A DNA stretch of 64,000 bases from an uncultured Acidobacteriota bacterium (GTDB lineage: Bacteria; Acidobacteriota; UBA6911): contig CAWHCF010000037.1 of the NCBI GenBank assembly GCA_963827655.1, positions 61,471 to 125,470 of the forward strand, read 5' to 3'. Below the pieces are notes generated by a model. The model was not told the DNA's origin. It worked only from the letters and a program-made list of their open reading frames with translations, and ran no database searches. This document shows positions 1 through 8,477 of this stretch, piece after piece. Within the stretch, counting starts at the first letter, position 1; every line of letters begins with the position of its first letter. The position numbers and the translations under genes are program-made.

Positions 1-4
1 GATT

Positions 5-694
5 GTGGATCTTCCCTTCGGCCGGGGCAAGGCGCTGGGCCGCAATTCCAGCGGCTGGATCAACGGTCTGATCGGCGGCTGGCAGATTGCCGGCAACGGG
101 GCGCTCTTCAGCAGATATTTCCAGCTACCAACATCGATGTGGGGCCCGCTGGGCAACGTTGAGGTTTACGGCAAGAAATATCCGATACAGGACTGCCGGA
201 GCGGCGTCTGTTACGACGGGTATCTCTACTACAACGGCTACATCCCGGCAAACCGGATCAATAGCGTGGGCGCAAACGGGAGACCGAACGGCGTAATGGG
301 AGTTCCCGCGAGTTACCGACCTTTCCAGACGCCGCTCATTCCGACGCCCGCAAACGGCGGGAGCCCGAGTGATCCGCTGTTCCCGTTCTACGAAACTAAT
401 ACAGTCTTTGTGCCTCTGAAAAACGGCACCCTCCAGCGGGTCGATTACAATCCCAACCTGCACCCGATGCAACAACAGTTCGTCTCCGGCCCCATGGTCT
501 GGTCGATGAATGCGTCGGCCTTCAAGGCCATCCGGCTCACGGAAACCCTGTCTTTGCGATTCAACATAGATTTCTTTAACGTCTTCAACATGCCTGGCAC
601 CACGCTGCCGAACTCGACCACCGGGATCATCCTCAACCAGACGTCCCAAAACTCAGCGCGCGTCCTGCAATTGACCGGGCGGCTGAGCTGGTGA
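5..694 (+). CDS. TonB-dependent receptor (Oar-like), C-terminal part only, truncated by the window edge
   Basis: DLPFGRGK..GGWQ, LRFNIDFFNVFN and terminal RVLQLTGRLSW are typical ends of acidobacterial TBDR barrels. Confidence 0.88.
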   Translation: MDLPFGRGKALGRNSSGWINGLIGGWQIAGNGALFSRYFQLPTSMWGPLGNVEVYGKKYPIQDCRSGVCYDGYLYYNGYIPANRINSVGANGRPNGVMGVPASYRPFQTPLIPTPANGGSPSDPLFPFYETNTVFVPLKNGTLQRVDYNPNLHPMQQQFVSGPMVWSMNASAFKAIRLTETLSLRFNIDFFNVFNMPGTTLPNSTTGIILNQTSQNSARVLQLTGRLSW

Positions 695-765
695 GTGAGC
701 TTCGGCTGAGACAGTCGGATACACCCGTGAAATGACGGCGAGGGGAACGAGCCTCTCTTGACGTT

Positions 766-1959
766 ATGCGCCTTGACCTCTGTGGTTTCGCCAGGATGTT
801 CCGTGACGGCATTGGTTCCGGCTGGCGCAAAAAGCTTGCCGTTCTAAGTCTCTCGGCATTCTGGGCGGCCGGCTCTTTGAGCGCAGACACAATCCGCGTC
901 TCCGAAGTTGTCCGGAGAGCTGTCGATTATCAACGCCAGGGCCTCCATCGAGAAGCCGAGAGTGCGGCGGCAGAAGCTCTGTCGATGCTGGATCGCAGCC
1001 GCTCGTCGCTGGATTTCGACGGAGCGGCCGGTTTGAATGACCTGGCGACGCTGGCCTATGCTCAGGGGGAATTAGACCGGGCCGAGCAGCTATTCGAACG
1101 GTCCCGAAAGGCCTACCAGGCGCTCACGGGGCCTGACGACCCGAGGCTCGCCAGCGTTCTGTACAATCTGGCCGGAGTGTATGTCGAACGAGGCAGGTAC
1201 GAGCAAGCCGAGCCGCTTTATCGAACTTCGCTCGCGATCTGGGACAAGGCGTTCGGAGCCGGACATTCGCGGCAAGCCGAGGTATGGAATAACCTCGGGT
1301 TCCTCTATCTGCAGCAAGGTCGACATAAAGAAGCCGAAGCCTGGCTCGGACAGGCCCTTGTAGCATGGGAGAAGGGCACGGGGCCTAGTGCTGCCGTTCA
1401 TTCAGCGGTCGCCTTGAGCAACCTTGCTATGCTGCGCAGGGTTCAGGGCGGCTTCGATGCGGCGGAATCCCGGTACAAGCAAGCCCTTGCCGTGGAAGAA
1501 AAGACTTTCGGTCCGGATCATCCCGAAGTCGCCGCTACCCTGATGAGCCTGGCGGCTCTGTACCAGGCGCAGGGGAGGAGCAGGCTGGCTATTGAAACGT
1601 ATCGGCGAGCACTGGCGGTACTGGAAAAAACCGTCGGCCCCCAGGATCCGCTGGCGATCGAAACCCGGGAACGACTGAACGAGTTAACCCTCGCCATCCA
1701 GACGTTGGGCGAGTATCAGATCCTGGTCGTGCGAACAAAAGAGGAAGCCGAAGAGCTGCGCAGGAAAGTCGAAGCGGGTGGGAATCTCGCCGAATTGGCT
1801 GCGCGGCACTCCATAGATCCGCACGCTTCCCAGCTTCGAGATGAGCTTCGCATGGAGCTGGACCGAATCGCCGTAGGACAGCTGAGCGCGGTGTTCCCGC
1901 TGGCTGGCAACTGGGCTATCGTCAAGAAGATTTCGGCACCCACTCCGGCACGAGAATGA
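766..1959 (+). CDS. Tetratricopeptide repeat protein (kinesin-light-chain type) with a short parvulin/rotamase-like C-terminus
   Basis: Repeated L.NLA..Y..QG.Y..AE.LY..AL and GPDHP.VA motifs; C-terminal QILVV.TKEEAEE...LAELAARHSIDP; true start may be further downstream. Confidence 0.8.
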   Translation: MRLDLCGFARMFRDGIGSGWRKKLAVLSLSAFWAAGSLSADTIRVSEVVRRAVDYQRQGLHREAESAAAEALSMLDRSRSSLDFDGAAGLNDLATLAYAQGELDRAEQLFERSRKAYQALTGPDDPRLASVLYNLAGVYVERGRYEQAEPLYRTSLAIWDKAFGAGHSRQAEVWNNLGFLYLQQGRHKEAEAWLGQALVAWEKGTGPSAAVHSAVALSNLAMLRRVQGGFDAAESRYKQALAVEEKTFGPDHPEVAATLMSLAALYQAQGRSRLAIETYRRALAVLEKTVGPQDPLAIETRERLNELTLAIQTLGEYQILVVRTKEEAEELRRKVEAGGNLAELAARHSIDPHASQLRDELRMELDRIAVGQLSAVFPLAGNWAIVKKISAPTPARE

Positions 1960-2747
1960 CTTCCGAAAAGCGAAAGCCGCGCGCCACGAGAGCGAGCCTG
2001 GTATTGCTGGTTTCGTCGCTGGCGCTATCAGGTGCATTGACGCAGGAAAAACCTTCGCGGCGGCCGTGGCACATCAAAGGCCAGTTATCGGAAGCCTGCA
2101 CCTGCAACGTGCCTTGCACCTGCAATTTTGGCGAGCGACCCTCGCCTCATGAATTCTGCTACGCGATGTGGTCGTACTGGGTGCAGGAGGGATCCTGGGA
2201 GCAAATAAAGTTGAATGACCTGCGAATAGGCGGGGTCGATGGCCCGGGAGGGATCCTGGGACTGCTCGACGCGCGCGCGGACGCGACGCAGCGCACGGCG
2301 ATGGAAAACATCTGGCACGCCTTGAGCGGACGCATGCTTTGCCTGATGCGCCTGTGGCCATTCAAGGCCGGCGGCACTGAACCCGGGCCTGACCGGCCGG
2401 CGCGTCAGAGCTCGATCATTCGCACGCTGTACGCAGAGCGCCAGTTCCTCGGTTTCGAATATGTGCAGATTGATCAGGCGATCACCAGGCAGGGATCACG
2501 GCTGACTTTCCCTGACAGGGGAGGATTCGAGGCCGCTTACATATTCGGCCGCGACCCGACCCAGCCGCTGACCGTAACGAATATAGTGTCGTGGCCTATA
2601 CCCGTCAGCATCAAGGGCAAGACGATCTTTCTCAAGTACAAGGACAAATTCAATCAACTGGATTACCAGGGAACCAATGCCAACCAGGGACATTTCGATC
2701 TTTCCCACACGCAGCCGGGCGCGGTGCCGATGATGCCGCCGAAGTGA
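1956..2747 (+). CDS. DUF1326-like secreted protein
   Basis: Signal peptide then W.IKG...EACTCNVPCTCNF..P...C motif; ATGA overlap with the upstream gene. Confidence 0.72.
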   Translation: MTSEKRKPRATRASLVLLVSSLALSGALTQEKPSRRPWHIKGQLSEACTCNVPCTCNFGERPSPHEFCYAMWSYWVQEGSWEQIKLNDLRIGGVDGPGGILGLLDARADATQRTAMENIWHALSGRMLCLMRLWPFKAGGTEPGPDRPARQSSIIRTLYAERQFLGFEYVQIDQAITRQGSRLTFPDRGGFEAAYIFGRDPTQPLTVTNIVSWPIPVSIKGKTIFLKYKDKFNQLDYQGTNANQGHFDLSHTQPGAVPMMPPK

Positions 2748-2785
2748 GGTCGTTCCTGAGTGTCGCAGTGCAAAGGAGAGAGATC

Positions 2786-3274
2786 ATGGGCGGACTGAGT
2801 GACTGGGCTAGAACGCTCCTCAAACAGCGGCGTTATGCAACCTTGGCGACGCAGGATGCCGACGGGTCGCTCCATCTCACGCCCGTGTGGTACCTCTTTC
2901 AAGACGAGCAGCTGTTCGTGGGCGCGCCATCATCGAGCAGGAAGGTTCGGAACGCTATCGCACGACCGACCGCTTCACTCGTCGTGGATGTTCGTCAGCC
3001 CGGCGCCGAACGGTGGGTCGCAGGGGCCGGGCCCGTCACGATCCTGCGTAACGATGATTCACGAAGGATCAATGCGGCAATTCTCGAGCGTTACCTCACA
3101 GCCGAGGCATTACGGGATCCGAAAGTGGGCCCGCTATTCGCTGCAGCAGATGACGTCACCCTTTGCATTCGACCGGTGAAATGGCGCTCGTGGGCCGCGG
3201 CCGACCTGGACACTCAATTCTTCGGCGGCATCTTGACTGCAACACCCGAGCGATGGTTTCGGCCGGTTGATTAA
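2786..3274 (+). CDS. Pyridoxamine 5'-phosphate oxidase-like (PPOX-class flavin/F420-binding split barrel) protein
   Basis: ATLAT..DGS.HLTPVWY and SRKVRN...P motifs; AAGGAG RBS before ATG 2786. Confidence 0.85.
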   Translation: MGGLSDWARTLLKQRRYATLATQDADGSLHLTPVWYLFQDEQLFVGAPSSSRKVRNAIARPTASLVVDVRQPGAERWVAGAGPVTILRNDDSRRINAAILERYLTAEALRDPKVGPLFAAADDVTLCIRPVKWRSWAAADLDTQFFGGILTATPERWFRPVD

Positions 3275-3293
3275 GGTAGGGACTTGCAAGACG

Positions 3294-3651
3294 GGTCCGA
3301 GGTCCGAAAAACCAGCACTGTCACTGTGACGCACCTTCGGCGCTTGTTCTAAACCTGAACTCTTTTCCCGGCCTTAGAAGATGTGAAAAAATTGGGTCTG
3401 TGGCGCGGATCTGATGAGACTGTTGCAAAACTCGCCCGGTTCATGTGCGGACGGGCTATCAAGCCCGTCCGGCCCCCTAGTGGCACGAAGAACTTTTTAA
3501 GGCTAAATGCTTCCGATCACGTTAGTTGCGACGGGTCTGATGACCCGTCGCCACAAAAGCCAAAGGGCTGCCGGTCAATCGAGAGCCGTTCGCTGAATTC
3601 TTTCACCTTCTTACGGCCGGGCCTACGCACTGCCGGCCCTTATTCGGGCCT
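3294..3651 (-). mobile_element. Hairpin element B (REPIN/MITE-like), split by a 234-bp insertion with TTA duplication
   Basis: 3294-3376 and 3611-3651 are reverse-complement matches to 44786-44903; TTA at 3374-3376 and 3611-3613, whereas the uninterrupted copy has a single TTA. Confidence 0.75.
3416..3541 (+). mobile_element. Element A (MITE-like, about 125 bp) with internal hairpin CGGACGGGCT-ATCA-AGCCCGTCCG
   Basis: 3419-3470 is identical to 44733-44784 and 3422-3473 is identical to 58943-58994; full-length similarity to 52304-52398. Confidence 0.8.
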
Positions 3652-3701
3652 GGCGAAGCTTGCTTCGCCGAAACCCTGGAGGCGCCGGCGCCGTCCTGGA
3701 T

Positions 3702-5027
3702 TTACGGGGGCGAGGGCGAAGAGCGGTTTGTTCGCTCGGGTTGTAGTACCGGCCGTTTTGTCTCTGCTAATTGCTCAAGCAAATGGGCGGCCTCCGTGGG
3801 TCCGTCATGCTGCGCCAGCTCAACCTGGATCCGGCGCGCCCTTTCCCGATACTGCGGATTCGATAGAACTGTTTTAACCGCAGTATGGATCTGCGTTGCC
3901 GTCGGTGTGCTGGTCTTCAGATTAATACCGACACCACTGTAAGCAATGCGATTGCCGATCTCAGGCTTGTCCTCCGTTGTGCCGCCTGCGACTATCGGCA
4001 CGCCATTCATAAGCGCGAACTGGACACCGCCAAAGCCACCGTTGGTCACATACACATCCACGTACGGCAGTAGAGGTTTGAAGGGCACGAAGGGTTCGAC
4101 ACGCGCATTGGCCGGAATTGTCTCGAGACCCAGCAGCCGAACATTCTTCACTCCTGCTGCGATCACCAGCACGTTCTCATGTGTCAGCGCACGAAGGGTC
4201 GGCGCAATCAGTTCCTGCGCGTTGGTTGCCACAGTCCCCTGCGTGACGAGCACCGCAGGACGCTTCCTGGCGACCACCTCAGGCCACCATGCGGGCAGTG
4301 TAAGCTGGCCGGGCGCATCGGGCAGGAGCGCGCCGATGAAATGAACCTGCGGCGGCAGGTCGCTGCGCGGATATTCGAACGATGGCACGGTGGGCTGGAG
4401 AAAGAGAAACGGCGAAACCAGAACACCTTCAAACTTGCGCCGCCGCACGCCCAGCCGATCGCACTGTCGCCCGAACTCATCCGACACCGCTTTGAAGATC
4501 ACGTTCGAAGCCAGGAAATAGAGCAGGCGATTGCGTACGCGTCCCAGCGGCGAACTGCTGGGAAGGATCCCCAGCCCAAACGGAGCTACATCGCGGCCTT
4601 TGATACCGAGGCAGGTGATGTTATAGACCGCATTCGGCGGCCCGCCCTTTTCGTTGACGGTGAAAGCCGCGGCAATCGACGGGTCCCCAATCGTCACGTC
4701 GGCCGGGAATTCTTGCAGGATGGCCTCGATGTCACGGTGTTGCGGGCTGAGTTGCTTCATGAAGATGTTGATGAAATCGAACTTGATCTGAGCCAGACCT
4801 TTCAGCTGGCCGCGTCCCTGGAACGCAGCATTGTAGTCGTCGTCATCGTAGTCGTAGGCGTGGCGGTAGGGCGCGAAGCGGGCGCCGGTGGTCTCAACCT
4901 GATTGCGGAACTTCTTGCCGACGTACCACATAACTTCATGGCCGCGCTCCACGAGCCTGCGCGCGATGGGCAGCGCCGGCAAGACGTGTCCGGTCGCTGG
5001 TTGGGTTGCAATCAGGAAACGAGCCAT
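3702..5027 (-). CDS. GT1 family (MGT/UDP-glycosyltransferase) glycosyltransferase
   Basis: N-terminal P.TGHV.P motif; VTQGT; FVPF..LLP.VDVYVTNGGFGGV..AL..GVP...G.TEDK nucleotide-sugar signature. Confidence 0.92.
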   Translation of the reverse strand: MARFLIATQPATGHVLPALPIARRLVERGHEVMWYVGKKFRNQVETTGARFAPYRHAYDYDDDDYNAAFQGRGQLKGLAQIKFDFINIFMKQLSPQHRDIEAILQEFPADVTIGDPSIAAAFTVNEKGGPPNAVYNITCLGIKGRDVAPFGLGILPSSSPLGRVRNRLLYFLASNVIFKAVSDEFGRQCDRLGVRRRKFEGVLVSPFLFLQPTVPSFEYPRSDLPPQVHFIGALLPDAPGQLTLPAWWPEVVARKRPAVLVTQGTVATNAQELIAPTLRALTHENVLVIAAGVKNVRLLGLETIPANARVEPFVPFKPLLPYVDVYVTNGGFGGVQFALMNGVPIVAGGTTEDKPEIGNRIAYSGVGINLKTSTPTATQIHTAVKTVLSNPQYRERARRIQVELAQHDGPTEAAHLLEQLAETKRPVLQPERTNRSSPSPP

Positions 5028-5099
5028 AATTGCCTGATGAAGTAATGTCTTCTCGTTTATACTCAGGTTGATAATACAGCCACATCAGAGGACACTACT

Positions 5100-5501
5100 A
5101 TGTCACAGAAAAACCTCGAAACTGTCCGCGGCATCTACGAGGCGTTCGACAGGGGTGATATCCCGAAAGTGCTCGGTCAAATGGAGCACAACATCGAGTG
5201 GAATGAAGCCGAAAACTTCATCTATGCGGACCGTAGTCCGTACGTCGGACCACAGGCGGTGCTCGAAGGGGTGTTCATGCGGCTGGGGTCTGAGTGGGAT
5301 GGCTTTACAGTCACGCCGGAAGAGTGGCTGGACGCCGGCCATCGTGTAGTCGTCCTGGGCAGCTACAGCGGGACGCACAAAGCCACGGGGAAGAGTGTGC
5401 GGGCACAGTTTGCGCACGTCTGGGGAGTCAACCAAGGGAGAGTGGTAAGGTTCCAACAGTATACCGATACCAAGCAATTTGCGGAAGCAGTCGCTATGTA
5501 A
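5100..5501 (+). CDS. SnoaL-like / NTF2-family protein
   Basis: MS..N.E.VR..YEAF.RGD; YVGPQAVLEGVF; AHVW.....VVRFQQYTDT. Confidence 0.9.
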   Translation: MSQKNLETVRGIYEAFDRGDIPKVLGQMEHNIEWNEAENFIYADRSPYVGPQAVLEGVFMRLGSEWDGFTVTPEEWLDAGHRVVVLGSYSGTHKATGKSVRAQFAHVWGVNQGRVVRFQQYTDTKQFAEAVAM

Positions 5502-5557
5502 CCGCGCGTTAACCGCGGTCTGACCACGGCATGCCGCAGACTTGTCGGCACGCGCAA

Positions 5558-5880
5558 TCAATCGCTCAGATAGGCCTCGAGGGCTTCAGCGATCCGAATC
5601 ATCTCCTCCGAGCCGAGAAAACCCACAACGTCCAGAAGACGATCCTTGCTAACTTGACGGATGCCCGGCAGCACCACGAACGAATCGTTTCCTTTCTGAG
5701 GCGGATCTTTAATCGCAGAGGCCATATTTCAGGCGGCCGGCTCGACAACGGGAGCGCAACGACCGTGTCAAGAGCAAAATTTTGAACGGAATTCGAGATG
5801 ATCAAGCCCGGACGGGTCTTGCCGAATTCGCGCGGCGACGAAGGTTCGAGGTTGATCCAGTAAATCGTGCCGCGCCTCAT
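5558..5880 (-). CDS. PemK/MazF-family toxin with one frameshift near 5690
   Basis: MRRGTIYWINLEP...EFGKTRPGLIIS motif; continues in another frame as SFVVLPGIRQVSKDRL...EALEAYLSD*; span is 323 nt, one base short of in-frame. Confidence 0.82.
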
Positions 5881-6122
5881 CTGCGCTTCCCCTTCGGCGG
5901 CGCGATAAGATCGGCCTTCTCCCACTCACGCAACCACCGCTTCTCCTCAGGATTTGATTCGATGAAGTTCCGGTATTCTGAGGCCGCGCTGGCCATCTTC
6001 CTCTGCCGGATATCTCGCTCCAGTACTTCTCGGACGAAGGCAGAGACACTCATGGACTCAGGCTTGACAGTTTCCAACTGTTCAAGTAGATCGCCCTCTA
6101 GTTTTATGGTAGTTGCCTTCAT
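5877..6122 (-). CDS. Antitoxin (ribbon-helix-helix/CopG-like) of the MazF module
   Basis: 81 aa; TTIKL...L..L......SVSAFVREVL RHH pattern; ATGA overlap with the toxin. Confidence 0.75.
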   Translation of the reverse strand: MKATTIKLEGDLLEQLETVKPESMSVSAFVREVLERDIRQRKMASAASEYRNFIESNPEEKRWLREWEKADLIAPPKGKRR

Positions 6123-6128
6123 ACCAAC

Positions 6129-6157
6129 AATCTAGGCGCAATCAAGTTCCGCGTCAA
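6129..6157 (-). promoter_or_regulatory. Sigma-70 promoter of the TA operon, probably leaderless
   Basis: TTGACG (6157-6152), 17 nt, TAGATT (6134-6129), 6 nt, then ATG. Confidence 0.6.
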
Positions 6158-6161
6158 CGGT

Positions 6162-6245
6162 AAAGACCTGAGGTATTTTTCAATCGGCCTCAACACGCGA
6201 CTGACCGACCTCCACGGCGAGTTGACCTTGCAGATCAAGGTCTGA
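6162..6245 (+). pseudogene. Possible 3' remnant of a DUF1501-family gene
   Basis: Translates KDLRYFSIGLNTRLTDLHGELTLQIKV*, resembling the DUF1501 terminal L.Y...G...RLTDVHG.V...I motif; no upstream part. Confidence 0.35.
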
Positions 6246-6334
6246 CATTACAGCCTTCAACGGATGCCCCCTACAGCTCTTCCTCTGACGGTATGCATCC
6301 GATATATAATGGCGGCCTCGGAGCCATTCGCCCC

Positions 6335-8257
6335 ATGCAAGCCCGAAAATACTTCCTTTCAGTTCTTCCCTTGTTAGTTTGTTTCCCGCTCCACGCCGCC
6401 GACGCCGTAACGCCCGGCAGATTCGTGGTCGAGCGTCCCACGCTGATTTGCCTCGGGTTTGAGTGGCAGATCGACGGGGACGAGAATCGCAACGCCTCGG
6501 TCGAGGTAAGCTTCCGCAAATCGGGCGAGAGCGCCTGGAAGCAAGCGCTGCCGCTGCTCCGCATGGGAGGCGAAAAAGTGTATCGCCGCGACCTCGGTCT
6601 CGACTACACCGTGCCCGACATGTTCGCCGGCAGCATCCTGGATCTCGAACCGGATACCGAGTACGAAGCCCGTTTCCAGATGCGCGATCCCGACGGCGTC
6701 ACGGGCGAGGCGACGCACACGGTCAAGGCGCGGACGCGCGCTGAGCCCAGGGCCGCAGCGGGAGGCCGAGTCTTGCACGTCTACCCTCCTGCGTGGCGCG
6801 GCGAAAAACAGGAACCCGCCTTCACGGGCCTGAAGGCCGCCTATTACGGCGCCGGCCGCGGCGACTGGTCCGTCGTCGGCGAGCGCAAAGTCGGCCCCGG
6901 CGACGTGATCGTGGTTCATGCCGGACTGTACAAGTCGGACCGCCTCAACTACTCGGATCCGCTCAGTCTTCCATTCGACGGCACCTACGTTCTCACGGCC
7001 AAGGGCACAGTTGACCGGCCCATTGTCATCCGCGCCGCCGGCGACGGCGAGCCCATCTTCGACGGCGACGGAGCGCACCGGCTGTTCGACGTCATGGCTG
7101 CCGACTACCACATCTTCGAAGGACTCACTATTCGCAATACCGACATCGCCTTCTTCGCCGGCATGAAGGACGTCGGCGGCGCAAAGGGACTCGCCGTCCG
7201 GAACTGCCGCCTGGAAGAGATCGGCATCGGCGTCACTTCGCTTTACGCCGGCTCGCAGGACTTCTACATCGCCGACAATGTCATGATCGGCCGCGACGAC
7301 CGCTACCGGCTGCTAGGGTGGGCCAGCCCCGGCATCTACGGCGCCAACCAGCTCAAGAGCTATTACGGCGTCAAGCTCTATGGCTCGGGGCACGTGGTCT
7401 GTCACAATTATGTCGCGTTTTTCCACGACGGCATCACCGTCTGCACTCACGGTTCGCCCGACAAGGAAGAGGACCGCAAGGCGGTTTCCATCGATTTCTA
7501 CAACAACGACATCCACCTGATGGCCGACGATTTCATCGAAGCCGACGGCGGCGTGCATAACATCCGCATCATGCGGAATCGCGGGGTGAATGCGGCGCAG
7601 TGCGGCCTCAGCGCTCAGCCCGTCTATGGCGGGCCGGCCTACTACATTCGCAACGTGCTCTATCACGTGCCCACCGGCTGCGGGCTGAAGTTCAACGTAA
7701 AGCCCTCCGGCCTGGTCCTCTATCACAACACGGTCATCGCCGAGGGCCGTCCCGGCGACATCTTCTCCAACGCGCACTTCCGCAACAACCTGTTTCTCGG
7801 ACGCGACGTGCCGGGGCGTGAAGTATTTCGCTTTGCCAATGCCACTTCCTATTCCACGTACGACTACAACGGCTATCGCCTGAATCCCAAGTCCAAGGAC
7901 CAGTTCCAATGGAAGTCCCCGCAACCGGGAATGCTGCGCGACTACGAACTGGATCGAGCGCGCTTTCAGGCGTTCAGCTCGCTCGCCGAGCTGCGGGCCG
8001 CTACGGGCCAGGAGGCGCATGGCCTGGAAGTCGACTACGACATCTTCCAGGATTTACGCCCGCCGGCACCCGATCAGCCGCATAAGGTCTATCACGCGGG
8101 CGATCTGGATTTCCGACTGAAATCCGGAAGCAAAGCCGTGGACGCCGGTCTCCGCCTGTCCAATGTGAACGACGATTACACGGGAAATGCTCCGGACCTG
8201 GGCGCGCTCGAAATCGGGAAATCGCCGCCGGTCTATGGTCCGCGAAAGGGTTCTTAG
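6335..8257 (+). CDS. Secreted FN3-like plus right-handed parallel beta-helix protein (pectin-lyase-like fold)
   Basis: Signal peptide; FAGSILDLEPDTEYE FN3-like segment; GDVIVVHAG.Y; Asn-ladder repeats; DFRL..GS.AVDAG...APDLGALE C-terminus. Confidence 0.8.
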   Translation: MQARKYFLSVLPLLVCFPLHAADAVTPGRFVVERPTLICLGFEWQIDGDENRNASVEVSFRKSGESAWKQALPLLRMGGEKVYRRDLGLDYTVPDMFAGSILDLEPDTEYEARFQMRDPDGVTGEATHTVKARTRAEPRAAAGGRVLHVYPPAWRGEKQEPAFTGLKAAYYGAGRGDWSVVGERKVGPGDVIVVHAGLYKSDRLNYSDPLSLPFDGTYVLTAKGTVDRPIVIRAAGDGEPIFDGDGAHRLFDVMAADYHIFEGLTIRNTDIAFFAGMKDVGGAKGLAVRNCRLEEIGIGVTSLYAGSQDFYIADNVMIGRDDRYRLLGWASPGIYGANQLKSYYGVKLYGSGHVVCHNYVAFFHDGITVCTHGSPDKEEDRKAVSIDFYNNDIHLMADDFIEADGGVHNIRIMRNRGVNAAQCGLSAQPVYGGPAYYIRNVLYHVPTGCGLKFNVKPSGLVLYHNTVIAEGRPGDIFSNAHFRNNLFLGRDVPGREVFRFANATSYSTYDYNGYRLNPKSKDQFQWKSPQPGMLRDYELDRARFQAFSSLAELRAATGQEAHGLEVDYDIFQDLRPPAPDQPHKVYHAGDLDFRLKSGSKAVDAGLRLSNVNDDYTGNAPDLGALEIGKSPPVYGPRKGS

Positions 8258-8325
8258 CGTTTCTTCGAGTCTTTGAGTCTTGGTGGTTGGTTTTGTTCCG
8301 CCACACTAACCACGAAGACACGAAG
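8249..8325. repeat. Family C 8-nt-periodic inverted doublet
   Basis: GTTTCTTCGAGTCTTTGAGTCTTGGTGGTT ... AACCACGAAGACACGAAG; includes the stop codon of the upstream gene. Confidence 0.85.
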
Positions 8326-8434
8326 AGCTGGCGGTCAAGCGCTGCGGATTGCCGCGCGTCGACTCGCGGCTTTAACTTTCCGGGCGATCGCTACAACTAA
8401 CGTCGGCTTTCGCCTGGTGCGCACCCCGAAATAG
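8326..8434 (+). pseudogene. Orphan 3' end of an FGE-sulfatase (SUMF1/CLec-fold) gene
   Basis: SWRSSAADCRASTRGFNFPGDRYN / (+1) NVGFRLVRTPK* matches the SW....CR...R....P..R..N.GFR terminal motif. Confidence 0.7.
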
Positions 8435-8477
8435 AAGCTTGTATTCCTCAGGGTTCTTCGCGCCTTTGTGGTGGGAT

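Noticed and set aside
3383-3877. ORFs sharing the peptide VAKLARFMCGRAIKPV (also 44523-44999 and 58823-59167)
   Set aside because: Translation of repeat element A, not a protein family; the flanking sequences are unrelated.
8326-8434. Complete diversity-generating retroelement
   Set aside because: No reverse transcriptase, Avd or second VR/TR copy in the window; kept only as a fragment.
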